A DNA stretch of 64,000 bases from Enterococcus phage VRE9_2. Of this stretch, positions 29,598 to 38,415 are shown in pieces (position 1 is the stretch's first letter; each line of letters begins with the position of its first letter). Both the position numbers and the translations under genes were made by a program. The stretch is from the sequence record PP680568.1; one strand, written 5' to 3'. The notes beneath the pieces were generated by a model. The model did not search any database. It was not told the origin of the DNA and was given only the letters and a program-made list of their open reading frames with translations.

Positions 29598-30817
29598 TGA
29601 CTCGTTTTTATAAAGGAATCGCTGGGCGTCGAGGGGCTAACCCATCAGGTGTAGTTATTCACAATGATGCAGGCTCTGTTTATGCTAATGCTGCATTTTA
29701 TCGTGGATGGTTACCTTCTCATGATGCAGAAAATGGCTTTGCTCATTATTACGTAGCTAGTGATGGAACATTCCAAGCAGAAGATGAAATGAATATGGCA
29801 TGGCATACTGCGAACTCAACTGGTAACGCATATTATATCGGTATTGAAGCATGTCAATCAATGGGACCAGAAAATATTTTCCGACAAAATGAAGAAAATT
29901 CTATTAAACTAGCAGCTCAAATCTTAAAGAGATATGGTTTACAACCTAATAGAAATACTGTAAAATTGCATAAACAATTTTCAGCAACTTCTTGTCCTCA
30001 TCGTTCTGTTGCTTTGCATGGCGATGGATACGTAATGCAAGATTATTTTATTGCTCGTATTAAATCTTATATGGGTTCTAATCCAACCCCAGCCCCAGCA
30101 CCAAATACTGGAACTAGAAAATATAATATTGATCTAGTTAATATGAATTCAAAAGCTTTCCAAATCAAAGGTTGGTTTACCCCAGCTAAGGCTACAAAAG
30201 GTCAAGATATTTGGGTTTATATTATGAAAAAAGGTGGACCAGAAATTGCCCGCTTTAAAGCGAAAAAAATTCAACGTCCAGACGTTCAAAAAGCAGTTTC
30301 AAATCCTAACGGAGCAGATGTTGGTTTCCAAGTAGATGCTCTTACACCAGAAGGTGTCCTAGGAAAAGATTTTGATTTATTGCTTCGTTACAATAATGAT
30401 AACAAAGAAGAAATTCGCACTAAAGAGCATTGGAAAGCTCCTGCATTAATTAATGAAGGATACCTAGATAAAGTTGCTGGAGATGCCAAAGGTGTTACAT
30501 TCGCTGGATGGCATTTAAATACACGTCAAAAAGATGGATTTAAACATTATCTATTTGTAACTGACGCAAAAACTGGGAAAGAATATGTACGATTTGATAT
30601 TACAGGAGGATCTTACTTAGCTTCTCCAGATATCACTAAAAAGTATGGTCCAGAAATTGCTCAACGTAGTAACTGTCGTTTCCATAATTGGTGCGCATTA
30701 GCAGCAAATCATCCAGCTAGAGGTAAAACTGTTAATATTATTAGCCGTTATGCTCCTGCAAAAGAAATTGATACAAAAACTTCTACAGATAAACTGTGGG
30801 GGACTTATAGACTATAA
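29597..30817 (+). CDS. endolysin: N-acetylmuramoyl-L-alanine amidase (amidase_2/PGRP) with C-terminal cell-wall-binding region
   Basis: VIHNDAG...NMAWHTAN...YIGIEACQS...FSATSCPHRS zinc-amidase motifs; about 250-aa C-terminal binding domain. Confidence 0.82.
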   Translation: MTRFYKGIAGRRGANPSGVVIHNDAGSVYANAAFYRGWLPSHDAENGFAHYYVASDGTFQAEDEMNMAWHTANSTGNAYYIGIEACQSMGPENIFRQNEENSIKLAAQILKRYGLQPNRNTVKLHKQFSATSCPHRSVALHGDGYVMQDYFIARIKSYMGSNPTPAPAPNTGTRKYNIDLVNMNSKAFQIKGWFTPAKATKGQDIWVYIMKKGGPEIARFKAKKIQRPDVQKAVSNPNGADVGFQVDALTPEGVLGKDFDLLLRYNNDNKEEIRTKEHWKAPALINEGYLDKVAGDAKGVTFAGWHLNTRQKDGFKHYLFVTDAKTGKEYVRFDITGGSYLASPDITKKYGPEIAQRSNCRFHNWCALAANHPARGKTVNIISRYAPAKEIDTKTSTDKLWGTYRL

Positions 30818-30828
30818 AAATAAGATTA

Positions 30829-30860
30829 AAAATACCCTTAGAAATAAGGGTATTTTTTTT
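30829..30860 (+). terminator. rho-independent terminator
   Basis: ACCCTTagaaatAAGGGT followed by T8. Confidence 0.6.
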
Positions 30861-30921
30861 GCTTTTTATAAATAAATTTGTTATAATAATAACAAATAAG
30901 ATAAAAAAGGAAGTGTTTTTA

Positions 30922-31428
30922 TTGATTTATGCTGTAGCAGCAATTGGACCAAATGGAGAATTAGGATTAAATAATAAATTAATTTATCATTCTTCTGAAG
31001 ATATGAAAAGATTTAAAATTTTAACTTGGAATAGAAATATTTATATGGGGTATAAAACTTGGGAATCACTACCAGTAGAAGCATTACCTAATAGAATGAA
31101 TACAGTGGTTCTTGATATGGAAAGAGGAATATCGAAAAAGCTTCAACTAGCTATGAAGAATAATGATAATTTAAAAGTCATTGATGAATCAATGTTTCTT
31201 GCTCTTTTGGAGATCCACTCATTATCTTCAGATGTTATTGTAATTATTGGTGGGGGAAGATTATATGCACAAACTCAATATTATTGGGATAGATTATATC
31301 TGACAAAATTTTATGAAAAGAGACAAGCAGATACGTTCTTTCCAGAAATAGATTATAATAATTATACTATAAAGAACTTCCAAAAGCAAGAAGATTGTGA
31401 GTTTATTGATTTTTATCATATAAAATGA
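30922..31428 (+). CDS. folA: dihydrofolate reductase
   Basis: LIYAVAAIGPNGELG...IIGGGRLY; TTG start at 30922 with AAGGAAG RBS (the upstream TTG at 30859 lies in the terminator/promoter). Confidence 0.78.
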   Translation: MIYAVAAIGPNGELGLNNKLIYHSSEDMKRFKILTWNRNIYMGYKTWESLPVEALPNRMNTVVLDMERGISKKLQLAMKNNDNLKVIDESMFLALLEIHSLSSDVIVIIGGGRLYAQTQYYWDRLYLTKFYEKRQADTFFPEIDYNNYTIKNFQKQEDCEFIDFYHIK

Positions 31429-31463
31429 TATAATTAATATATACTTAAAAAGGAGATAATAAA

Positions 31464-31880
31464 ATGGGAAAACTTGTAGAATATATTTTAGTTAATAAAG
31501 AATTAAATATGGGTGTTGGTAAAATTGCTGGTCAAGTTGCTCATGTACAAACAATTATTGATAACAAAATTTTTGAATTAGATGATAAGATTTATTTTTT
31601 ATCAGAAGAAATTCTTGATGAAGATATTATGGATATTCGTTTTGCCAAAGAAAAAGAACTAATCAATAATTATTATGATTGGCTTTATTCTGGATCTCAA
31701 ACAAAAATTATCTTACGAGCAAAGGAAAAAGATTTGCTTAAGGCAATTGATATGGGAGCAGTGTATATTAGAGATAATGGCTTAACTGAGATTCCCTCAG
31801 GTTCACTAACCGCTGTTGGTTTTTTCCCACAGCCAAAAGATAATCTAGTAGATTTTACCAAAAAATTTCAATTGTTATAA
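31464..31880 (+). CDS. peptidyl-tRNA hydrolase, PTH2-like
   Basis: VNKELNMGVGKIAGQVAHV matches the PTH2 core (..DLKMGKGKIAAQCSHA..). Confidence 0.6.
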   Translation: MGKLVEYILVNKELNMGVGKIAGQVAHVQTIIDNKIFELDDKIYFLSEEILDEDIMDIRFAKEKELINNYYDWLYSGSQTKIILRAKEKDLLKAIDMGAVYIRDNGLTEIPSGSLTAVGFFPQPKDNLVDFTKKFQLL

Positions 31881-31895
31881 AAGGAGATTAATATA

Positions 31896-32480
31896 ATGAA
31901 AATTATTGGATATGTTTTGATGTATAGAACTTCGTATGACCAAACTTTTGTAAAACTCGAATTTAATTCAAAAGGTAAATATTTGAAATGGCTAAAATTT
32001 ATGGAAGAATTTGAGTCTTTAGATTTAGATGATTTACCAGATTCTAGATTAGATAATTTAATCGAAAAATGGTATCCTGAAGAAGGAGAAGATATTTGTT
32101 ATGATTTTGGGCTAATTGATAATCACGGAGAATATGTAAACTATATGAATTCAAAAGATTTCTTTATAGAAACCAGCGACGGGTTATATAAAAAACTTAT
32201 TACTAATAGTTTAGATCAATTAGAATATTCAAAACAAGATTTAGATATTGCATATCGAACTATTATACCAAAAGCCTTAGAAGATTATACTTCTTATGTT
32301 TTAGGATTAAACCCAACATTAGATGGATTAATTCAGTTTGGTAAACCTTCTGATTTACACAGATTTTTTCCTTCGTTATATTCCTCTTTAGATTTAATTT
32401 TAAAAGTAGTTGATACTTTTTTGGAAAAAGGATATGAGATTATTAAAAATTCTGAAGGTTGGTTCGTTAAAGTATTTTAA
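31896..32480 (+). CDS. hypothetical protein
   Basis: 194-aa ORF. Confidence 0.45.
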   Translation: MKIIGYVLMYRTSYDQTFVKLEFNSKGKYLKWLKFMEEFESLDLDDLPDSRLDNLIEKWYPEEGEDICYDFGLIDNHGEYVNYMNSKDFFIETSDGLYKKLITNSLDQLEYSKQDLDIAYRTIIPKALEDYTSYVLGLNPTLDGLIQFGKPSDLHRFFPSLYSSLDLILKVVDTFLEKGYEIIKNSEGWFVKVF

Positions 32481-32546
32481 TTTGATTTTTTCAGAATAAG
32501 ATGATATAATATTATTATAATAAATGATAAAAAGGAGAAAAACATT

Positions 32547-32774
32547 ATGAAGAAAACAAAATTTTATGGAGTCGTCTCTACAAGCAAAAAAGTGCGTGAG
32601 GTAGTGCGAACAAAAGATTCAAAAGGACGTTGGGCTTCTGAGGTTCAAGAGATTTCTCGTCCAATTGATATTTTAGTAACTTCTGATTTTACTAATCGTA
32701 TTGATGCTTTAAATGATATTGAAGCACAAGCAGCTAAATTAGGCACACTCAAATTCACTAGTGCTTTCAAATAA
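32547..32774 (+). CDS. hypothetical protein
   Basis: 75-aa ORF with RBS. Confidence 0.45.
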   Translation: MKKTKFYGVVSTSKKVREVVRTKDSKGRWASEVQEISRPIDILVTSDFTNRIDALNDIEAQAAKLGTLKFTSAFK

Positions 32775-32849
32775 CATATAATATTAAAAGGGAATTTTTA
32801 TAATTCCCTTTTTACATAGAAATATAAAAATAAAGGAGAGTAGAATTTT

Positions 32850-32996
32850 ATGAAAATTAAACCTTCTCATAAAATGAAATTGGATGAAGTAGGAGATTAC
32901 CTACAAAAAGTTTCACGTGGAGTAGGAACTATTAAGCCAAAAAAGGGTAAAGGCTCGTATAAAAGAAAGCCTAAACATAAAGGGAAGTGGGATTAA
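32850..32996 (+). CDS. small basic protein (48 aa)
   Basis: MKIKPSHKMKLDEVGDYLQKVSRGVGTIKPKKGKGSYKRKPKHKGKWD; AAAGGAG RBS. Confidence 0.3.
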   Translation: MKIKPSHKMKLDEVGDYLQKVSRGVGTIKPKKGKGSYKRKPKHKGKWD

Positions 32997-33226
32997 TGGA
33001 TAAAGATATAAAATATACAATCTCAAGTGGAGGCGAAACAATTGGTTATTGGACGCAAGAAGAATATGAAACCTGGATGGCGAAGATTCATGGTACTCAC
33101 GAATACTCTGAAGAAGAACAAAGAAAAATTGAAGAAGTTAGAAAAAGATTAAATAATATATCTATGATAAAAAATAGTGATGGTAGTTATAGATTTATTA
33201 AAGAGGAGGAAAACAGTGGCAATTAA
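32987..33226 (+). CDS. hypothetical protein
   Basis: 79-aa ORF. Confidence 0.4.
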   Translation: MGLMDKDIKYTISSGGETIGYWTQEEYETWMAKIHGTHEYSEEEQRKIEEVRKRLNNISMIKNSDGSYRFIKEEENSGN

Positions 33227-34067
33227 TTTATTATATGGTAAACCAGTAGCAGATTCAATTTATAAAGATATTCATTATCCAAATAAAAAAGTTTTGCATA
33301 TTTTCCAGGTTGGAGATCTAGAGGAATCTAATCGCTATATCAGAAATAAAATTAAAAAGGCTGAATCTTTAGGTATTCCAACTCAGCTACATAAAGCTGA
33401 AACTAAAGAAAAGGTTGATAAAATTTTAGAAGAACTTATATCTTTAACAAAGATCCCTAACCGAGACAAAATATCCGGCATATTTGTTCAACTTCCTTTT
33501 GAATTTGATCGCTTTATGGAAGATACATTTTTGCGTGTAATTCCCCCAGAATTTGATGTTGACGGTTTAACACATTATAATTTAGGACGTCTATTAGATG
33601 GGAGCAGAACTGATCTAAATTTTGTCCCAGCAACAGCACATGGAGTAGTAGATATGCTAAAATATTATAATATCCCAATAGAAGGGAAAATAGTAGGTGT
33701 TATTGGTCGATCTAACTTAGTCGGAAAACCACTTATTCCTCTTCTCTTGGAAGAAAACGCAACTGTTATTAGCATGAACTCCTATACCGGTAAAAAGAAT
33801 TTAGTTTCTCTTAGTAAACAATGCGATATATTAGTAGTGGCAATTGGAAAAGCTAACTTTATAGATAGTGATTTTATTAAAGATAATGCTACTATTATAG
33901 ATGTAGGCATTAACTTTGATGAATCAGGAAAGTTGGTTGGAGATGTAGATTTTGATTCTTTGAAAAAAGAAAGTTGGAATGGTAATCTTTCTCCAGTACC
34001 AGGTGGAGTTGGACCTTTGACAATTGCTAATTTAATGAGAAATGTAAGTATAGGAGCGTGGAGATAA
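33216..34067 (+). CDS. folD: bifunctional 5,10-methylene-THF dehydrogenase/cyclohydrolase FolD-like
   Basis: INLLYGKPVAD...IRNKIKKAE...; GRSNLVGKPL (Rossmann), PVPGGVGPLTIA C-terminal motif; GTG start after GAGGAGG. Confidence 0.75.
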   Translation: MAINLLYGKPVADSIYKDIHYPNKKVLHIFQVGDLEESNRYIRNKIKKAESLGIPTQLHKAETKEKVDKILEELISLTKIPNRDKISGIFVQLPFEFDRFMEDTFLRVIPPEFDVDGLTHYNLGRLLDGSRTDLNFVPATAHGVVDMLKYYNIPIEGKIVGVIGRSNLVGKPLIPLLLEENATVISMNSYTGKKNLVSLSKQCDILVVAIGKANFIDSDFIKDNATIIDVGINFDESGKLVGDVDFDSLKKESWNGNLSPVPGGVGPLTIANLMRNVSIGAWR

Positions 34068-34315
34068 TGATGGATTATTTTAGTGCAGAGCAGGTTAAAT
34101 ATATTTTATTATTAAAAGATTTACAGGGCTATACTATTGATGCTATTTTCCAAGAAGATACTCCAGAGCAAAGATATAACAGTTTAATTAAAGTGTTTTT
34201 GGGACTAGAAAATGTTTTTATCTGCCAAAGAAAAGATTATCTTTCTAGGGGAGATTTATACTCTGATAATTCTATGGTAGAATCTATTGCCAAAAAAATT
34301 AAAGAATACCTGTAA
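34058..34315 (+). CDS. hypothetical protein
   Basis: 85-aa ORF. Confidence 0.4.
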   Translation: MEIMMDYFSAEQVKYILLLKDLQGYTIDAIFQEDTPEQRYNSLIKVFLGLENVFICQRKDYLSRGDLYSDNSMVESIAKKIKEYL

Positions 34316-34388
34316 AAAGGTATTCTTTAATTGAAATTATTAATTTAAAATGATATAATTAATTATAAAGTTAAATAAGGAGATAAAA

Positions 34389-34841
34389 ATGATAGAATTA
34401 GCTTCTCATATTGTAGATTTGAGTTTAGAACATAAAAAATATATTTATCAATTACAGTTACAAAAAATAACATATTATACTGTATTACAAGGGTTAAAAT
34501 TAAATTTAATAGATAAAGATACACTTAAAGAATTATATAAATATGAGTCTGGTAGATTTACACCATCAAGATATGGTCCACGATCTGAAATTATATTCCT
34601 TCGATACTGTGTGTTTGGAGCGGAAAGGATTTTTACCAATTCTTTTAACAATTCTTATCTAAGAGATATGGATTTTTCCCACTTAAATTCTATTATTCTT
34701 CCTCTTTTGGAAGAACAGACAATGGATTTATGTAGAAAAAGTATGAAAAATCCTATTTTTGAAGAACGATTTAAAGATAATAAAGAACTTAGTATTGAAG
34801 ATATATTTGAACTTAGCGAAAAATATTCAGATTTGAAATAA
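34389..34841 (+). CDS. hypothetical protein
   Basis: 150 aa; conserved promoter-leader directly upstream. Confidence 0.45.
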   Translation: MIELASHIVDLSLEHKKYIYQLQLQKITYYTVLQGLKLNLIDKDTLKELYKYESGRFTPSRYGPRSEIIFLRYCVFGAERIFTNSFNNSYLRDMDFSHLNSIILPLLEEQTMDLCRKSMKNPIFEERFKDNKELSIEDIFELSEKYSDLK

Positions 34842-34894
34842 AAAATATAAAATGATATAATTAATTATAAAGTTAAATAAGGAGGAAATTTTAA

Positions 34895-35425
34895 ATGAAA
34901 AAAAGTTTAGTAGGGTTTTCAATTATTGCAATGTTTGGTTTAGGTTTGGCAGGATGTGCTAAAGGAGAAGTTCCTGATGCACAATGGAAAAGTGAAGATT
35001 CTACTGAACAGACAGTAGAAAGTAGCACAGTAGAATCGTCTGAACAAAAAGAACCTTATAAAAAAGATGAAGTTCAATTATCTACGCTAGAACAACAAGT
35101 TTTAGATGCTTTTCAACAAAGTTTTCAGTCAACAGGTCCAGTTCGTTTTGATTCTGTAAACAAATATTATATTATTACACCAACAGATCCTCAATTTACG
35201 CAAGAAATGGCAGCTATTATGGATGGCACATTAAGTTTAGACACATGGACTAATTTAGTTCAAAATGTTCAACAAACATCTTTAGGTTTACAAGATACTC
35301 TTGGTAGTGGATATACAATTATTATTGAAAATCCATTTGAAACAGGTCAAATGTTTTTGGCTGTAAGTGATGGAGAAGTTGTTTTTGATGGTTTGACAGA
35401 ATATATGACTGGTCAAAACACATAA
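34895..35425 (+). CDS. lipoprotein
   Basis: MKKSLVGFSIIAMFGLGLAGC signal peptide plus lipobox; conserved promoter-leader upstream. Confidence 0.6.
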   Translation: MKKSLVGFSIIAMFGLGLAGCAKGEVPDAQWKSEDSTEQTVESSTVESSEQKEPYKKDEVQLSTLEQQVLDAFQQSFQSTGPVRFDSVNKYYIITPTDPQFTQEMAAIMDGTLSLDTWTNLVQNVQQTSLGLQDTLGSGYTIIIENPFETGQMFLAVSDGEVVFDGLTEYMTGQNT

Positions 35426-35473
35426 TTTGAAAAAATATGAATAACATGTTATAATATTTATATAAGATAAAGT

Positions 35474-35549
35474 TACTTGAGTGGTCTTAAAAAGGAAAGA
35501 CGCATGGTTTAATCTTCCATGAGACGTTGGTTCGAGTCCAACCTCAAGA
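35474..35549 (+). tRNA. tRNA-like gene with 9-nt anticodon loop (anticodon region ..UUUAAUCUU..), atypical
   Basis: acceptor cttgag/ctcaag, D-arm gtct/agac, T-arm gttgg-TTCGAGT-ccaac; anticodon stem catgg/ccatg encloses 9 nt. Confidence 0.35.
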
Positions 35550-35630
35550 ATATCAGGATTGGCTATCCTTTCACCTTATAGCTAGAGGTTGATAAATATA
35601 AAGTGGAATTAACCACAGTTGGCTGCTCCC

Positions 35631-35745
35631 TAGGTTAAAGAAGATACCTATTGGGTCGGGGCATAAGCTAAGTTAACTAATAAACAACTTCTTTTAGTTA
35701 GCTTTTCTCACGAGTGATTGTTGAGGTTCAATTCCTTCTTAACCT
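35631..35745 (+). ncRNA. tRNA-like element (T-arm plus acceptor complementarity but 115 nt overall)
   Basis: aggttaa ... gagg-TTCAATT-cctt-ttaacct; internal region too long for a canonical tRNA. Confidence 0.2.
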
Positions 35746-35810
35746 ATGGGCGGGACAACACTCTATCGGAGATAAAAATATATAATTTAGTTTAATATTC
35801 TCGAGAATGG

Positions 35811-35905
35811 TTGAGATATGGCGGAAAGGTAGACGCAAGGAGAGTCTCCCCATTGGAGACCCCTGTGCATGACGATGCAGTGTAGGTTCGAATCCTACTA
35901 TCTCA
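35811..35905 (+). tRNA. type II tRNA (Leu-like D-arm GGCGGAAAGGTAGACGC); anticodon not resolved
   Basis: perfect acceptor tgagata/tatctca, T-arm gtagg-TTCGAAT-cctac, variable hairpin tgcatgacgatgca; anticodon arm irregular. Confidence 0.45.
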
Positions 35906-36026
35906 GTTAAATAGGGACTAGAGCTAATTTATTTTAGCCAGTCCTTATCCCGAAAGGGAAAAATAATTTGACATTTTGAACATAATATGTTATAATTATT
36001 ATATAATAAAGATAAGAAATATAAAA

Positions 36027-36098
36027 CGGCTTGTTGGTCAAGAAGTTAAGACGCTCGACTTTCACTCGGGAATCACAGGTGCAAATCCTGTACAAGTC
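36027..36098 (+). tRNA. tRNA-Glu (UUC)
   Basis: manual fold: acceptor 7 bp, AC stem ctcga/tcggg, loop cuUUCac, T-loop TGCAAAT. Confidence 0.7.
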
Positions 36099-36188
36099 AT
36101 TAACATTATTTGAAAAAAATCTTTCAAAATGTTATAATTAATATGTAAAAAGAAATAAAAAAAATTATTTTAAAAGGAGAGGTTCATC

Positions 36189-36581
36189 ATGGAAAAACAA
36201 ACTAAAGCAGATATGTATCGTAATGCAGCAAAATTGTTGGAAGTAAATGCTCCTGAATATGCAGAAATGTTATTGGAAGATGCTCAAAGAATTGAAGCTC
36301 GTAACGCAAGTCGTCGAAATGTTGATACCAAAGTTCAAAAAGAAAATAAACACATCGCTGCTTTAGTAATTGAGTTTTTCCATAATGATGCTGAAGATGG
36401 AATCGCTTATGACAGTGGTGAAATTGCAAATGCAGTTGGGATCGAAGTTTCTCCTCAGAAAATGTCAGCAATTATGCGTTTAGTTGGGGATGAAGTAGAT
36501 AAAATGAACCAAGCTACGAATAATAAAGATCATGTTGGATATAAAAAGAAAGGAACTGAATTAGTTCCTGATGAAAAATAG
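36189..36581 (+). CDS. small protein, TPxxL..KKYKVK-tail family
   Basis: N-terminus MEKQTKADMYRNAAKLLEVNAPEYAEML like the ORFs at 57477 and 63003; tail SPQKMSAIMRLVGDEVDKMNQATNNKDHVGYKKKG. Confidence 0.55.
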   Translation: MEKQTKADMYRNAAKLLEVNAPEYAEMLLEDAQRIEARNASRRNVDTKVQKENKHIAALVIEFFHNDAEDGIAYDSGEIANAVGIEVSPQKMSAIMRLVGDEVDKMNQATNNKDHVGYKKKGTELVPDEK

Positions 36582-36628
36582 GACAAAATGTCTTAATTAA
36601 ATATCCCCATATTTTATTGGGGATACAC

Positions 36629-36703
36629 CAGGGTATAGGAGAATTTGGTTAATCCGCTGCATTTGGGATGCAGAGATTGTTGGTTCAAATCCAGCTACCC
36701 TGA
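36629..36703 (+). tRNA. tRNA-Pro (UGG)
   Basis: C1-G72 acceptor cagggta/taccctg, AC stem ctgca/tgcag, loop uuUGGga. Confidence 0.7.
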
Positions 36704-36779
36704 TTTGAACAACGTGTTAGAACGTTGGGCGTGAAGGGATTTATCCTATGAAGGGATTTATCCTAACACGTTTAAACAT

Positions 36780-36850
36780 TCACCTATGATGAAATGGTAT
36801 CATGACTGGCTGTTAACCAGTTCTTGTAGGTTCGAATCCTGCTGGGTGAG
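36780..36850 (+). tRNA. tRNA-Asn (GUU)
   Basis: acceptor tcaccta/tgggtga, D atga/tcat, AC actgg/ccagt, loop cuGUUaa. Confidence 0.7.
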
Positions 36851-36856
36851 TATTTT

Positions 36857-36939
36857 GCGAGAGTGGCGGAATTGGCAGACGCACTAGATTTAGGATCTAG
36901 CGTTTTCATAACGTGTGGGTTCAAGTCCCACCTCTTGTA
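36857..36939 (+). tRNA. tRNA-Leu (UAG), type II
   Basis: D gcg/cgc, AC ctaga/tctag, loop uuUAGga, variable hairpin cgtt..aacg. Confidence 0.7.
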
Positions 36940-36948
36940 TAATAAAAT

Positions 36949-37032
36949 GGAGAGTCCCTGTTGGCTAAAGGAAGAATGTTTTGAAAGCATTTGGCGGTAA
37001 CACGTCCAAGGGTTCGATTCCCTTACTCTCCT
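36949..37032 (+). tRNA. tRNA-Ser (UGA), type II (probable)
   Basis: acceptor ggagagt/actctcc, AC stem gaatgt/gcattt (6 bp incl. U-G), loop uuUGAaa, T-loop TTCGATT. Confidence 0.55.
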
Positions 37033-37089
37033 TAAAGAATCTTACAGCAAATATTAATACTTTTAATAATATTTGGGAAAAAATAAGGT

Positions 37090-37192
37090 CTAGGTTCGAC
37101 CCCTAGTATAAGTTTGGTACAACTTATATGGTGTAATGGTAGCACACAAAAGATAGATTCTTGTTTTTGGGGAAGGTACCTCCCCAGTATTT
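37090..37192 (+). ncRNA. degenerate tRNA-like element: T-arm+3' acceptor directly followed by a 5' acceptor+D-arm
   Basis: ctagg-TTCGACC-cctag tataagt (8 nt) acttata tg gtg-taatggtag-cac; tataagt/acttata are mutually complementary. Confidence 0.25.
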
Positions 37193-37276
37193 GGAGGATT
37201 ATGCAAATTGGTGAAGCAAGTGGTCTGTAAAACCATGACGTAAGATACATTGGGGGTTCGAATCCCTTGTCCTCCA
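37193..37276 (+). tRNA. tRNA-Tyr (GUA), type II
   Basis: acceptor ggaggat/gtcctcc, AC gtggt/accat, loop cuGUAaa. Confidence 0.7.
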
Positions 37277-37436
37277 TAGACTGCCTTTGTCAAGCAGTCG
37301 AATGTAACTAATTTTTTCATTAAATAAATATCAAATTGTGGCTGATTTCTACAGATTCAGAGCGGAGCATCCCCGCAGGTTGGGCATACTACAGTCCCCC
37401 ATGACTTTCATGGGTTGCACATAGTTAGGAGGTAGC

Positions 37437-37622
37437 ATGATGTATTTAAAATTCATTGGTTTAAACGGAAGTTTAGGTTTAGAGAAGGACAAGATATACT
37501 TTGTTACCTCTGAGATAACTGAATATTATATTATTTTGAGAATACAGGGTGTTCACGGTAAGACAGTAATGTGTCCATACGAAACATTAGAAAAAATGTT
37601 AGAAAATTGGCAGGTCTGTTAG
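37437..37622 (+). CDS. small hypothetical protein between tRNAs
   Basis: 61 aa, AGGAGG RBS. Confidence 0.35.
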   Translation: MMYLKFIGLNGSLGLEKDKIYFVTSEITEYYIILRIQGVHGKTVMCPYETLEKMLENWQVC

Positions 37623-37707
37623 TGTGTAAATAGCAAGGTCTGCATAAAACCTAAGAAACAGCACGCACAGAAGATTATGTATTGTCTCCCTTTTGGACAA
37701 ACATTTT

Positions 37708-37779
37708 GGCGCTATGGTCAAGCGGTTAAGACACTGGTCTTTCTAACCAGAATCCCGAGTTCGAATCTCGGTAGCGTCA
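37708..37779 (+). tRNA. tRNA, anticodon ambiguous (loop CUUUCUA: UUC read, U at 37)
   Basis: acceptor ggcgcta/tagcgtc, T-arm ccgag-TTCGAAT-ctcgg, AC stem ctggt/accag. Confidence 0.5.
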
Positions 37780-38001
37780 TAAAGAACGATACAGCAAACC
37801 TATTAAAATATTACAGAAGAGATTATGTAAGGAGCCGTAGATACCAACCGAAAAATCTACGAGTTCAATTATGGTTGGCGTTTGAGTTTTTTCTAGGTAC
37901 TTTCCTTGAGTTACGTTAACACTCGAAAAAGGTCTAAACCTCGTTCTTGATAAATAAACACAACTTTCCTTTCTTCCTGTCCATGTCACTGGACAGGTAA
38001 C

Positions 38002-38087
38002 GCGGGTATGGTGGAATTGGCAGACACATCAGACTTAAGATCTGACGAGAGGTATCTCTCATGCAGGTTCGACTCCTGCTATCCGTA
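38002..38087 (+). tRNA. tRNA-Leu (UAA), type II
   Basis: D gtg/cac with GAATTGGCAGA loop, AC tcaga/tctga, loop cuUAAga, variable hairpin gagag..ctctc. Confidence 0.7.
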
Positions 38088-38159
38088 TAAAGAACCTAAC
38101 AGCAATCACATTTAAAGGGATAATAGTATATCTAATAATATATAGGTTCTTGTTTTTTA

Positions 38160-38235
38160 TAGCTGGCGGCTGGTTGGATATCAGGGCAGGGTTCATAACC
38201 CAGCATAACTCAGTTCGATTCTGAGGCGTAGCAAT
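38160..38235 (+). ncRNA. degenerate tRNA-like element with two consecutive T-arm-like hairpins
   Basis: ggg-TTCATAA-ccc and ctcag-TTCGATT-ctgag followed by gcgtagc; no complementary 5' acceptor found. Confidence 0.25.
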
Positions 38236-38415
38236 ATTATTGAGGAAGAGCTAACCTGGCGAAAATATGCTCAGAGGAAAAAACCTGGCGAAAAATTAGC
38301 CCCTAGTCAAATTTCCACTTTGGCGGCTAGGTTGAGGCGCACAATAGGCATAAAGACACCTCGTAAAAGGGCAAGCGCAGTGTCCTTACCCAAATAAAAC
38401 AGCGGCAGCCTTTAC

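Noticed and set aside
36733-36764. DnaA boxes in GGATTTATCCT repeats
   Set aside because: Only 6-7 of 9 matches to TTATCCACA. Too weak to call.
37090-37192. Circularly permuted tRNA gene (3' half preceding 5' half)
   Set aside because: Flanking sequences do not supply the missing anticodon arm or a second T-arm. More parsimonious as a recombined tRNA remnant or Y-like RNA, so it is kept only as a low-confidence tRNA-like element.
36784-37989. ORFs 36784..36990, 37032..37277, 37090..37320 (minus) and 37677..37919 / 37777..37989
   Set aside because: They run across tRNA genes or the tRNA-like region. No RBS; the translations are low-complexity.
38150-38400. tmRNA, suggested by T-arm-like hairpins followed by GCGTAGC-A and a nearby GC-rich region
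   Set aside because: No complementary 5' acceptor strand within 400 nt. No plausible tag-peptide reading frame ending in (A)LAA plus a stop.
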